A stretch of 64,000 bases of DNA from contig CM126205.1 in the NCBI GenBank assembly GCA_052327205.1, positions 154,070,001 to 154,134,000 on the forward strand, written 5' to 3'. The position numbers were made by a program, and so were the translations under genes. The number at the start of each line of letters is the position of its first letter. The first letter of the stretch is position 1. Below, piece after piece: positions 11,635-23,789 of this stretch. The notes beneath the pieces are model-generated. The model was not told where the DNA came from. It ran no database searches and was given only the letters and a program-made list of their open reading frames with translations. The DNA comes from Somniosus microcephalus (Eukaryota).

Positions 11635-13432
11635 CGAAGCCAGCATTTATTGCCCATCCCTAATTGCCTTTGAGAAGGTGATGGTCGCCAATCTCACCGA
11701 CACTCTTTAATATTTACATAAATGGATTGGCAAAACTACTTGAACAATCTACAGCACCCGGCCTCACCCTATATGAATCCAAGGTTAAATTCCTCCTCTA
11801 TGCAGACGACCTGGTTCTGCTGTCACCTACTAAAGAGGGGCTACAGCAAAACCTGGACCTGCTGGAGTCGTACTGCCAGACTTGGGCCCTGACAATAAAT
11901 CCCCAAAAAACCAAAGTCCTTGTGTTCCAGCAAAGATCCAAACATCAGGGACCCAAAATAAATTTCACAGTAGGAACAACCAAAATTGAACAAACCACTA
12001 ACTACACATACTTGGGCTTAAAAATCAGTTCTACGGGAAACTTCAAACTGGCTGTGAATGAACTGAAAGAGAAAGCAAGAAGGGCTTTCTATGCCATCAA
12101 AAAATCAATCCAAATAGAAATCCCAATTAGCATTTGGCTCAAAATTTTCAAATCAGTAATTGAACCAATTGCACTCTATGGCAGTGAGGTATGGGGACCG
12201 CTAACTCAACAAGAATTTGCAAAATGGGACAAACACCCAATTGAGATCCTACATGCAGAATTCTGTAAAAGTATCCTCCGGACTCAAAGGAAAACAGTAA
12301 ACAATGCATGCAGGGCGGAACTAGGCCAATATCCATTAATAATCACTATCCAAAAAAGAGCCACCAAATTTTGGAATCACCTACAAATGAGCAATCCCCA
12401 ATGCTATCACTACGACGCCCTGAAATGCCAAGAGCTGACCATAAAGAAGAATACCCTCAGTCAACTAGTCCTGGGACTCAGTGAAGTAACTACTAACAAT
12501 ACTAACAATAACCAGCCCCAGGACAGTGACAGGGTAACACAAAGAATTCGACCCAACACAATCGTCGCTAAGCAAAAGGAAAAATATCTGACATATTGGG
12601 CAGAAACAACAAAAACCCAAAGCAAACTCAATTGCTACTTGGCCCTAAACAGACAATACAACATAGCTGATTACCTGACCATGATAAAGGATAACAAACT
12701 GAGAAGAACCTTGACAAGGTACAGACTTAGCGAACATAGCCTAGCGATCGAAAAAGGTAGACACAGGCAGACCAGGCTGCCAAGAGAGGACAGGATATGC
12801 TCTCACTGCAGTCAGGGAGTGGTGGAGACAGAGATGCACTTCCTCACAGCTTGTGGAAAATATCAGGGCATCAGGGAGAATTTCTACCAAAAATTCTCAC
12901 AAATATGCCCTGATTTCAGAAATCTGAATGACAACCAAAAACTCCCATTCCTACTGGGAGAGGAGAGAAGCTGCATAACACTGGCGGCACACTATGTTAC
13001 AGCTTGCCATGAACAGAGGGACAACCAGTAAACTAAGAAAAGAATATATATAAACAATGCAAATGTATATTTATACACTCAGGGATATACCTGTTTATAC
13101 ACTGTATGAATAGAACTGCGTTTATGTGCTAAACCATAAATGTATTTTGATGCTTTGGCAACATAAGATGTAACTTATCATGCCAATAAAGCGATTTGAA
13201 TTTGAATTTGAATTTGAGTGGCAGAGTCAACCACATTGCTGTGGGTCTGGAGTCACATATGGCCAGACTTGATAAGGATGGCAGATTTCCATCCCGAAAG
13301 GACATTAGTGAACCAGATGGGTTTTTATGACAGTTACATGGTCACCATTACTCATAATAGCTTTTTATTCCAGATTTATTTAACTTGTATCTCCAGATCA
13401 TTAGTCGAGTAACATAACCACTATGCTACCCT
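11635..13432 (-). mobile_element. tRNA-headed SINE (short form of the 37683 element), split by RTE-X into about 11635-11689 and 13217-13432
   Basis: Tail CCAGCATTTATTGCCCATCCCTAATTGCC and head GAGTCAACCACATTGCTGTGGGTCTGGAGTCAC...ACCACTATGCTACC match the two ends of 37683-46037. Confidence 0.7.
11690..13216 (+). mobile_element. 5'-truncated RTE-X-like non-LTR retrotransposon with an open 434-aa RT C-terminal ORF
   Basis: LLYADDLVLL, YTYLG, RYRLSEHSLAIEKGRH, C-terminal CSHC..H...C motif; AATAAA followed by a (TTTGAA)n tail. Confidence 0.8.
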
Positions 13433-13789
13433 GGCTTTAAAGGTCCTGCATGAAATAGTTTGTGCGGTCTTGCATGCAGCTGTTAGTGCAGAACTTCCTC
13501 TAATTGGCACTCTCACTCAGAGAGGCTACAGGGTGGCAGTGTGGGAGAAATGGAAAATTGTCGGGGTCCTCATCTAAGACAGTAGAGGGAGCTTTACTCT
13601 GCACTGAATCATTTTATAGCTGACCTCGGAATGCTTGATGCTGGCATAGCTGTGTGTAACAGAGATTGTTCCATTCTCCAGCATTGTCATCACTTGCTTT
13701 GAGTAGCACAAAAAAAGTCGTTGAAACAAGATTGGCTTTTAAATGCCCACTGAACTTTCCCACATTGATAACCTCTTGTATTTTGCTAG

Positions 13790-13984
13790 TTTGTCAAACA
13801 TGTTTACTGAGGAACTGATTGCAGAAGTCACCACAGAGATACTGAAGCAAATTTCATCTGAGGAATTTCAGGCAGAGAGACAGAGGATTGAAGACGAAAA
13901 GCGTAGGATTGAAGACGAAAAGCGTAGGATTGAAGACGAAAAGCGTAGGATTGAAGACGAAAAGCGTAGGATTGAACAGGCCAG
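13790..13984 (+). CDS. MCM3AP: MCM3AP/GANP exon (LSNMFTEELIAEVTTEILKQISSEE...RIEQAR)
   Basis: ttttgctAG/GTaggt; resembles human [25 protein letters not shown]; phase 2-2. Confidence 0.92.
13884..13976 (+). repeat. Exonic 21-bp tandem repeat x4.4 encoding (RIEDEKR)n
   Basis: AGGATTGAAGACGAAAAGCGT perfect x4 plus AGGATTGAA. Confidence 0.97.
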
Positions 13985-13999
13985 GTAGGTACTGACACT

Positions 14000-14455
14000 C
14001 TCCCTCTCTCTGACCTCCAGCCCCGCAACCCTCCCTATCTCTGTGACCTCCTGCAACCCTCTCTCTCTCTCTGACCTCCAGCCCTGCAACCCTCCCTATC
14101 TCTGTGACCTCATCCAGCCCTGCAATCCTTGGAGATATCTGTGACCCCCCCTATCTTTGTAACCTCCTCCAGTCCTACAACCCTCCGAGATATCTGCGCT
14201 ACTCCAATTCTGGCCTCTCACACATCCCCGATTTTCTTCGCTCCACCATTGGTGGCCGTGCCTTCAACTGCCTAGGCCCTAAGCTCTGGAATTCCCTCCC
14301 TAAACCTCTGCACCTCTCTACCTCTCTCTCCTCCTTAAAACCTACCTGCACCTGTCCTAATATCTCCTTATGTGGCTCGGTGTCAAATTTTGTTTGATGA
14401 AACTCCTTGAAATGTTTTACTACGTTAAAGGTGCTATATAAATACAAGTTGTTGC
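14000..14455 (+). mobile_element. L2 LINE 3' fragment with local tandem duplications at its 5' end
   Basis: PPYLCNLLQSYNPPRYLR...GGRAF...PKLWNSLP; tail GGTGCTATATAAATACAAGTTGTTG. Confidence 0.8.
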
Positions 14456-14609
14456 CTGCGATTCGTGTTCAGGTGTGAAAGGAGTTGACATCAGTACCTG
14501 TGATCTGGATTTTCAGAATGTTCAGTTTTACAGTCTGGGAAGGGAAAAACCCAGACACGTGTAAAGCGTATGAAAGTGATCTCTGATGAATGTTTTCTGT
14601 GTGTTGCAG

Positions 14610-14723
14610 ACTGAAGCAGGAACGGGAGTTGTGGAAGACCCGCTACAGTCAGGCACTATGTGATGAACTTACAGACCAAGTTGTGGATTACTCTGTCAGA
14701 AAATGTGCCACTCAGGCACTAAG
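14610..14723 (+). CDS. MCM3AP: MCM3AP/GANP exon (LKQERELWKTRYSQALCDEL...)
   Basis: gtgttgcAG/GTgatt; LKQEREL motif shared with human GANP; phase 2-2. Confidence 0.92.
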
Positions 14724-14932
14724 GTGATTAACACATCAACTTTTTGGAGACCAGGGAAGGATGGAATGCATAGGACCCTAGTAGAGGTGGGGTGGTGGGG
14801 GGGCGTTGGTGCGGCCGCTCGTAGAGTTAGGCGGACTGGCACAAGCACATTGCCAGTTCTAGAATGATTCTGACAGAGTCTTGGAAGCAGGTCACCGGCC
14901 TGCCTTCTTGGCTGCTGCTTAGTGCAGGGGGA

Positions 14933-15546
14933 CTTGGAAACCAGTTGAGAAGGCTGTTAAAAAAGCATACTTGGTTTTACTAATAGAGTACCTTTATAAA
15001 TCCCTGGTTAGACCCCAACTGGAGTATTGTGTCCAGTTCTGGGCACCGCACTTCAGGAAGGATGTCACGGTCTTGGATAGGGTGCAGAGGAGATTTACTA
15101 GAATGGTACTAGGGATGAGGGACTTCAGTTATGGGGAGAGGCTAGAGCAGCTGGGGTTGTTCTCCTTGGAGCAGAGAAGGGTAAGGGAAAATTTGATAGA
15201 GGCGCTCAAAATTATGAGTGGTTTTGACAGAGTAGATGGGGAGAAATTGCTTCCACTGGCAGGAGGGTCGGTAACCAGAGGACACAGATTTAAGATTTTT
15301 TTTAAAAAGCCACGGAGAAGATGAGAATTTTTTTTACTCAGCGAGTTATGATCTGGAATGAGCTGCCAGAAAGGGTGGTGGAAGCAGATTCAATAGTAAC
15401 TTTCAAAAAAGAATTGGATAAATACTTGAAAAGGAGAAATTTGCAGGGTGATGGTGAAAGAGCAAGGGAGTGGGACTAATTGGAAAGCTCTTTCAAAGAG
15501 CTGGCACAGGCACGATGGGCCTCCTTCTGTGCTATATGTTTCTATG
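14933..15546 (+). mobile_element. CR1 LINE 3' fragment
   Basis: LYKSLVRPQLEYCVQFWAP; TRGHRFK; TTTCTATG tail. Confidence 0.88.
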
Positions 15547-15581
15547 AAACTTGGGGAAAAATTAAGTAAACAAAAGTAATA

Positions 15582-15870
15582 CAAGAAACTTTTTGATCCG
15601 GCTCCGACGGGACCGGTGTGGTGCTGGTTGATCAAAAAGTCCGGATTACAGAGAGGTATACTTACCACGGTACGAGAGCCCTGTACACGGCCACAGGTGC
15701 AGGAGCCCCGGTTACACGGCACTTGTGCACGAGTCCCGGTTACACGGCACTTGTGCAGGAGTCCCTTTTGCACGGCCACAGGTGCAGGAACTCCGGTTAC
15801 ACGGCCACTAATATATAGTAAAACTTACCTGAACCTACTCCTGCATTTTACCGGTTAAGAGAGTTTCCTG
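15582..15870. mobile_element. MITE (Tc1/mariner, pogo/Tigger-like), copy A
   Basis: TA|CAAGAAACTTT...AGAGTTTCCTG|TA; internal short tandem repeats; homologous in reverse to 21874-22209. Confidence 0.75.
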
Positions 15871-15974
15871 TACTTGACGATTGGAAAACACAGCTGCTCC
15901 ATGACCACTGCAAACAACTGTATATGTAACCACCTTCTAAACAGATGTTTTCTCAACAAGATCACTGATAACCT

Positions 15975-17377
15975 TTGCCACTTACGAACATATGAACAAT
16001 GATTGACAGGTCCATCCTGCCTGTCCCACACAATTGTGATACCTTGAGTATCACAATATATACACTCCCCACCCCACCCAAAGCAAAGTGATCTCCTGGG
16101 GAGAGGCGGAAAACCAGATTTTAAAAAAACACAGGCCAATTTGGGGGAAAAAAATCTGGGAAATTCCTCTCCGACATCTAGGCGATTGAAACTAGTCCAG
16201 AAGATCACTCTGGCCCTGAATTCCCTGCAGCACCCACCTTTTTGTATGAGGTGATCTCCGCCCCAGCCAGAAATGGGTCCAGCTCTTGCTTGAAGGAATT
16301 CAGCGACTCGGGACCATTGCGCAAACTGGCAGCCTGTTCCAGAGGTCCTCTATTCTCTTGGGAAAAGAACCATCTCCTGACATTTAATCTAGATCAGGCC
16401 TTATACGAGTTAAAATTGTGACCCCTGGTCCTCCCTAATCTATTTAAAGAAAGAAAGACTTGCATTTATATAGCACCTTTCACGACCACCAGAATTCCCA
16501 AAGTGCTCCACAGCCAATGAAGTATTTTTTGAAGTGCAGGAACTGCAGCAGCCAATTTGCGCACAGCAAGCTCCCACAAACAGCAATGTGATAACGACAG
16601 ATAATCTGTTTTAGTGATGTTGATTGAGGGATAAATATTGGCCAGGACATCAGGGATAACTCCCCTGCTCTTCTTCGAAATACTGCCATGGGATCTTTTA
16701 CGTCCACCTGAGACAGCAGACGGGACCTCGGTTTAACGTCTCATCCGAAAGATGGCACCTCCGACAGTGCAGCACTCTGTCAGCACTGCACTGGAGTGTC
16801 AGCTTAGATTTTTGTGCTCAAATCTCTGGAGTCCCAACTCTTTTAGCCTGTCTTGATAACTAAGATGCTTTAAACTGGGAACTACTCTTGTGGCCCTCCT
16901 GCACCCTTTCCAAAACCTCAATATCACCCACCATGTGAGGAGACCAAAACTGGACACAGTATTCCAACTGAAGTCTGACCAAGGTCTTGTACAAGGACAA
17001 AATAGCATTCCTTGTCTTATACTCAATTGTCTTATGGATACACCCCAACAACATCCTATTTGCTCTTAGCTATCGCTTCACAGCATTGCTCATGTACCTT
17101 TAGAGATGTTTGCACTAGAATACCCAGATCTTTCTTTCTCCACCTTCTTTAATGCTTTTCCCTGAAGGGTATATATATATATGTTGAGCAACCACCCTGC
17201 CTACATGCACAACACTGCACTTATCCAAGTTACACATCATTTGCCAGTCATGAGCCCAATCTCCCATCACATTAAGATCCGCCTGAAGCAGACGAACATC
17301 GTCTACAGTGCTGACCCTTGCACAGATCTTTGATTGTGCCCCCAACACCTACATCTAAATCATTCATAAAAATAGTA
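15975..17377 (-). mobile_element. Old CR1 3' part, interrupted by a SINE; its upstream part continues at 22212-22780
   Basis: LYKTLVRLQLEYCVQFWSP, WQMMCNLDKCSVVH; 3'-end and UTR-like sequence at 15975-16445. Confidence 0.75.
16450..16832 (-). mobile_element. Deu-domain SINE
   Basis: GACTTGCATTTATATAGCACCTTTCACGACC...GCCATGGGATCTTTTACGTCCACCTGAGA. Confidence 0.82.
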
Positions 17378-20300
17378 ACATAGACATAGAAGATAGGAGC
17401 AGGAGTAGGCCATTCAGCCCCTCGAGCCTGCTCCGCCATTCAATGCGATCATGGCTGATCATCCAAATTCAGTACCCGGTCCCTGCTTTCTCCCCATAAC
17501 CCTTGATCCATTTAGTCTTAAGAAATATATCCAACTCCTTCTTGAATATATTTAATGAACTGGCCTCCACCGCCTTCTGTGGTACAGAGTTCCACAGGTT
17601 CACCACTCTCTGGGTGAAGAAATTCCTCCTCATTTCTGTCCTAAATGGCCTACCCTTTATCCTTAGACTGCGTCCCCTGGTTCTGGACTCCCCAACTATC
17701 GGGAACATCCTTCCTGCATCTAGTCTGTCCAGTCCTGTCAGAATTTTAAAAGTTTCAATGAGATCACCTCTCATCTAAACTCCAGCGAGTACAAGCCCAA
17801 TCAACCCAATCTCTCCTCATACGTCATTCCTGCCATCCCAGGTATCAGCCTGGTGAATCTTCGCCAAACTGCTTCCATGGCAAGAACATCCTTCCTCAGA
17901 TAAGGTGACCAAAACTGCACACAATACTCCAGATGTGGTCTCACCAAGGCCCTGTACAACTGCAGCAAGACATCCTTGTTCCTGTACTCAAACCCTCTCG
18001 CTACAAAGGCCAACATACCATTTGCCGCCTTAACCGCCTGCTGCACCTGCATGCTTACCTTCAGCGACTGGTGCACAAGAACACCCAGGTCTCATTGCAC
18101 TTCCCCTTCTCCCAATCTATTGCCATTTAGATAATCTGCCTTCCTGTTTTTGCCACCAAAGTGGACAACCTCACATTTATCCACGTTATATTGCATCTGC
18201 CATGTTTCTGCCCAATCACCCAACATGCCCAAATCATCCTGAAGTTTCTCGACATCCTCCTCACAGCACACACGCCCACCCAGCTTTGTGTCGTCTGCAA
18301 ATTTGGAGATATTACATCTAGTTCCCTTGTCTAGATCATTAATATATATTGTGAATAGCTGGGGTCCAAGGACCGATCCCTGCGGTACCCCACTAGTCAC
18401 TGCCTGCCACTCGGAAAAAGACCCATTTATTCCAACTCTTTGCTTTCTGTCTGCCAACCAGTTCTCTATCCAAGTCAATACCTTGCCCCCAATCCCATGT
18501 GCCTTAACTTTACACGCTAATCTCTTATGCGGGACCTTATCGAAGGCCTTCTGAAAGTCCAGATACACCACCTCCACTGGTTCTCCCTTATCTATTTTAC
18601 CAGTTACATCCTCAAAAAATTCCAGTAGAGTAGTCAAGCACGATTTATCTTTTGTGAATCCATGTTGACTTTGTCCGATCCTGTCACTGTTTTCCAAGTG
18701 CTCTGCTATTACATCTTTTATAATGGACTCTAGTATTTTCCCCACTACCGATGTCAGGCTTACCGGTCTGTAATTCCCCATTTTCTCTCTACCACCTTTT
18801 TTGAATAGTGGGGTAACATTAGCTACCCTCCAATCCATGGGTACTGTTCCAGATTCCATCGAATGTTGGAAGATGATCAGCAATGCATCTAGTATTTCTA
18901 GGGCCACTTCCTTAAGTACCCTAGGATGTAGATTATCAGGCCCTGGGGATTTATTTGACTTCAATCCCATCAATTTCCCTAACACCATTTCCCTACAAAT
19001 ACTGATTTCTTTCAGTTCCTCCCTTTCATCAGGCCCTATGTTCCCCGGCATCTCTGGGAGGTTATTTGTGTCCTCCTTTGTGAAGACAGAACCAAAATAT
19101 GTATTTAGTTGGTCTGCCATTTCTTTGTTCCCCATTATAAATTCCCCTGATTGTGACTGCAAGGGACCTACGCTTGACTTCACCAATCTTTTTCTCTTCA
19201 CGTATCTATAAAAGCTTTTACAGTCAGTTTTTATGTTCCCTGCAAGCTTACTCTCATTCTATTTTCCCTTTCTTAATTAATCCCTTTGTCCTCCTTTGTT
19301 GAATCCTAAATTGCTCCCAATCCTCAGGATTATTGCTTTTTCTGGCCAATTTATCTGTCCTCTCCTTGGATCTTATGCTATCCCTAATTTCCCTTGTTAG
19401 CCACGGTTGAGTCACCTTTTTTGTTTTATTTTTATGCCAAACTGGGATGAACAAATCCTGTCGTTCATCCATGCGGTCTTTGAATGTTTGCCATTGCCTA
19501 TCCACCGTCAACCCTTTGAGTGACAGTCCCCAATCAATCCTACCCAACTCGCGTCTCAGACCATCGTAGTTTCCTTTATTTAAATTTAGGACCCTAGTCT
19601 CTGAGTCAACGACTTCATTCTCCATCTTAATGAAGAATTCGATCATATTATGATCGCTCCAACCCAAGGGGCCTCGTACAATAAAATTGCTAATTAACCC
19701 TTTCTCGTTACGTAATACCCAGTGTAAGATGGCCTGATCTCTGGTTGGTTCCTTGACATATTGGTCCAGGAAACCATCCCGTAAACACTCCAGGAATTCC
19801 TCCTCCACAGTATTGTTAGTAATTTGGTTACTAATATGTGTAGATTAAAGTCACCCATGATGACTGCTGTGCCCTTATTGCACGCTTCTCTAATTTCCCT
19901 TTTAATGCCATCCCCAACCTCCGCATTACTGTTTGGAGGTCTATATACCACTCCCACTAACGTTTTCTGCCCCTTGGTATTTCTCAATTCTACCCATACA
20001 GATTCCACATCATCAGAGCTAATATCCTTCCTTACAATTGTGTTTATCCCTTCTTTAACCAGTAATGCTACCCCACCTCCCTTTCCTTTTTGCCTATCTT
20101 TCTGCCTATCTTTCCTGAATATAGAATACCCCTGGATGTTGAGTTCCCAGCCTTGGCCATCCTTGAGCCACGTTTCCGTAATCCCAACCAAATCATATTC
20201 ATTTACCTCTTTGCGCAGCCAATTCATCCACCTTATTACGAATGCTCCTCGCATTAAGACACAAAGCCTTCAGGCTTATTTTTTTAACGCTCTTAGACCT

Positions 20301-21870
20301 ATTAGAATTATTATTTACTGTGGCCATGTTTGATTTAAACCGTTGATTTCTCTGACTGCTACTTTTGTTTTACTCCTTCCTTTCTTTTGCTTTTATCCTT
20401 GTTTCCCTTTCCTCTGTCCCCCTGCTCAGGTTCCCAACCCCCCTGCCATCTTGGTTTAAACCCTCCCCCAGAGCACGAGCAAACACTCCCCCTAGGACAT
20501 CGGTTCCAGCCCTGCCCAGGTGCAAACCGTCCGATTTGAGCTGGTCCCACCTCCCCCAGAACTGGTTCCAATGTCCCAGGAACTTGAATCCCTCCCCGTT
20601 GCACCATTCCTCTAGCCACGTATTCATCTGAAATATCCTTCTATTTCTACTCTGACTAGCACGTGGCACTGGGAGCAATCCTGAGATTACTACCTTTGAG
20701 GTCCTATTTTTTAATTTACCTCCTAACTCCCTATATTCAGCTTTTAGGACCTCATCCCGGTTTTTACCTATATGCACCATGACAACTGGCTGTTCACCCT
20801 CCCCTTCCAAAATGTTCTGCAGCCGCTCTGAGACATCCTTGACTCTTGCACCAGGGAGGCAACACACCATCCTGGAGTCTCGTTTGCAGCCGCAGAAACG
20901 CCTATCTATTCCCCTTACAATAGAGTCCCCTATTACTATAGCTCTACCCCTCTTTTTCCTCCCGTCCTGTGCAGCAGAGCCACCCCTGGTGCCAGGAAGT
21001 TGGCTGCTGCTGCCTTCCTCTGATAAGCCACCCCCCCCAACAGTACTCAAAGTGGTGTATCTGTTTGAGAGGGGGATGTCCACAGGGGACCCCTGCACTA
21101 CCTGCCTGCCCCTCGTACTCTGCCTGTTGGTCAGCCCTTCCCTTTCTGCCTGTCCAACCTGTACCTGCGGTGTGTCCAACTCCCTAAACGTGCTATTCAC
21201 GACGTCCTCAGCATCGTGAATGCTCCAGTATGCATCAAATCGCAGCTCCAGCGCCGCAATGCGGTCTGTCAGTAGCTGCAGCTGGATACACTTCCTGCAC
21301 ACGTAGTTGTCACGGACACAGGAAGTGTCCCTGAGTTCCCACATAGCGCAGGAGGAGCATACCACGTGGCCGGGCTGTCCTGCCATGACTTACCCTTTAA
21401 TTAATTGAAATTAAATTAAATCAAATTAATCCCACCAATTACACTACAGTTAAATGGTTTACCAACAGTCCCTGCTACACCAGAGAGACTTTAGTAACTA
21501 TAAACCACAGAGTTAAAGTTTAAAAAGGGGGGAATACTCACCAACCAATCACTTACCTGCTTTCTGGTGACGTCACACTTCGATTACTTTTTACTTCTTT
21601 CCCTCCCTCTGAGCTCGGAGACTGCAGATTAGTACGCCTACCTGGTCTCGGAGCCGCTTTTTACACTGCCGCTGCTCAGCCGCCTCGTTCCCTCGCTGGT
21701 CTGCCTGCCGCCACTGCTCTGAGGCCTACCTGGTCTCGGAGACGCTTTTTAAACTGCCGCCGCTCAGCCGCCTTGTTGCCTCGCAGGTCCGCCTGCCTGC
21801 TGCCGCTGCTCTGAGTAACGGTCCCAACATCGATCCCTGATGACCGGTCTCCGAACAGATCCAAATCCAT
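17378..21870 (-). mobile_element. Near full-length CR1 LINE (5'UTR, ORF1, disrupted ORF2)
   Basis: ORF1 at 20370-21386; APE motifs (GITETW, YRPPN, GDFN, SDH); RT with FADD; (CTATG)-type tail; tandem duplication in the 5'UTR at about 21637-21815. Confidence 0.93.
20370..21386 (-). CDS. CR1 ORF1: zinc finger, leucine zipper and SGNH esterase
   Basis: CSSC...CRKC, LQLLTDRIAALEL, IGDSIVRG, DGLH motifs. Confidence 0.88.
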   Translation of the reverse strand: MAGQPGHVVCSSCAMWELRDTSCVRDNYVCRKCIQLQLLTDRIAALELRFDAYWSIHDAEDVVNSTFRELDTPQVQVGQAEREGLTNRQSTRGRQVVQGSPVDIPLSNRYTTLSTVGGGGLSEEGSSSQLPGTRGGSAAQDGRKKRGRAIVIGDSIVRGIDRRFCGCKRDSRMVCCLPGARVKDVSERLQNILEGEGEQPVVMVHIGKNRDEVLKAEYRELGGKLKNRTSKVVISGLLPVPRASQSRNRRIFQMNTWLEEWCNGEGFKFLGHWNQFWGRWDQLKSDGLHLGRAGTDVLGGVFARALGEGLNQDGRGVGNLSRGTEERETRIKAKERKE

Positions 21871-21873
21871 GTA

Positions 21874-22209
21874 CAGGAAACTCTCGATTTACCGGCACCT
21901 AAATAACCGGAAATCTCTGTTAACCGGCAAAATTCAGGAGTAGGTTCAGGTAAGTTTTACTTCATATTAGTGGCTGTTTCTGGATCTGTGGCTGTGTAAC
22001 CGGGGTTCCTGCACCTGTTGCTAAGCAACAGGGACGCCTGGATCTTGTGGCCGGGGTTCCTGCACCTGTTGCTAAGCAACAGGGAAGCCTGGATCTGTTG
22101 CTGTGTACGGGGCTCTCGTACCTTTTACTATACCTCTCTGTAATCCGGACTTTTTGATAAACCGGCACCACGCCGGTCCCGTCGGTGCCGGATAAAAAAG
22201 AGTTTCCTG
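21874..22209. mobile_element. MITE (Tc1/mariner, pogo/Tigger-like), copy B, inverted relative to copy A
   Basis: TA|CAGGAAACTCT...AGAGTTTCCTG|TA: 11-bp TIR and TA TSD. Confidence 0.82.
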
Positions 22210-22211
22210 TA

Positions 22212-22780
22212 TAACTACTTTTTGCCTACTAGCGAGTTCCCAGTCCAGCTCAATATATTACCACTAATACGAGTGACTTCGCTCTTGTAGAGAAGCCTCT
22301 TGTGTGGTACCTTGTCAAAAGCTTTTTGGAAGTCTGAGTAGACAATGCCTACTGGGCTTCTCTCATCCACCATCTTTGTGACTTCTTCAAAAAATACAAT
22401 TAGATTTGTAAGGCATGACCTTTTTATGAAACCATGTTGGGTATCCCTAATATCTCTATCCAATCAATCATATATTGCATCCCTAATGATTCCCTCAAGC
22501 AGCTTTCCTAACACTGATGTCAAACTAATGGGCCTATAGTTACCCGGGTCCGTCTTGTCACCTTTTTTAAATTTGGGGACTATATTAACCTCCTTCCAGT
22601 CTATAGGAACCATTCCAGAGTACAGTGAACTATTAAAAATATGGGCAAGGGGCTCGCACAGCACGTGTTCAATCCCCCTATGGACCCTCGGGTGGCTATC
22701 ATCCGGCCCGACTGCTCTATCTATTTTCAAGTTCTTGATTCTATCTAAAACAATATATTCATCTATTCAATTCTAATGGT
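22212..22780 (-). mobile_element. Old CR1 RT fragment
   Basis: GPDDSHPR, NYRPISLTS, QHGF, DFQKAFDKVPH. Confidence 0.85.
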
Positions 22781-23348
22781 CGAGCATCATCTTCAGTGGG
22801 TCCACTCTACATTTCTGACGACTCCCTTTGCTTCAAGTCATTTCATTGTGTGAACAGGATCCCCGGTGCTCTGAATTGCCCTAATGTTTCTGCTCCACAT
22901 ACTGGGGGTGGCGGGGGAGGGATCAGTGAACCCTCCAGCAGGGCTGTACAAGACTAGGCCTGTGGTCCAAATCCAGCCTGCAAACACCTGGCTTGTGAGG
23001 CCACTGCTAGTTTCTCTCATCTTTGTACGCTTGTCTGTTTCAGCTTTTAAGCTTACAGTGCCTGGAAAACTGTAAAAAGCTATTCGGTAATTAGTAGATT
23101 TAGACCAGTCAAGGAGTAGCTTTTATGCTTCGATCAGCAACCCGCCTTTACAAGTCTCCAAGCCCACAATGTTTTAAAGACTCGGGCTGCAGGTTTCAAG
23201 CTTCAGGGGTTTGGTTCCTGCAGAACTACCTTCAATCTCTGATTGGAAAAGGACAAGATATTGCTGATAACTGTGTCTTCCTAAATTCTCTAAGTTTAAT
23301 GCCAGCAAGGAGATACTTGTACTCAGCCCTTCACTTTGTCCCTTATAG

Positions 23349-23501
23349 GCTTGCGGTGGAGGAGGACAAGCGAGCACGGATCAGTCGCTGCTCCACAGAG
23401 CTCTGCAGCTACCTCATCAAAGAAACGCTGGAAAGTGAGATCTTCCAGGCAGTGAAGGAGTCACTGCAGGAAGTTCACTGTTTCTGCAAATACTTAAAGA
23501 A
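23349..23501 (+). CDS. MCM3AP: MCM3AP/GANP exon, CID region (LAVEEDKRARISRC...EIFQAVKESLQEVHCFCKYLK)
   Basis: ccttatAG/GTAAGT; matches human [22 protein letters not shown]; phase 2-2. Confidence 0.95.
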
Positions 23502-23789
23502 GTAAGTGAAAAGAAACTGTCCTACCCATAGAATTGTTAACTGCAGTGGAATGAAGTGGAGCTTCACTTCAGGTCCCAGTAAATGCAAGTGTTTAAACAT
23601 AAAGTTTCTTTCAAATTTTTTTTTATAAGACCCAGCAAAAGGCAGAGACAATTAAAAGTAGGGAGCATCACCATGAGTCAGTAAACAATGCTCTGCTTAG
23701 TGGCGTGATGCAGCGCCAGGAGATTGTCGTGGGAGTCCAGCTTGTGTGACCTCTGACTGGTGCTGAAACTGAGTACTAAGCAAACAAAA

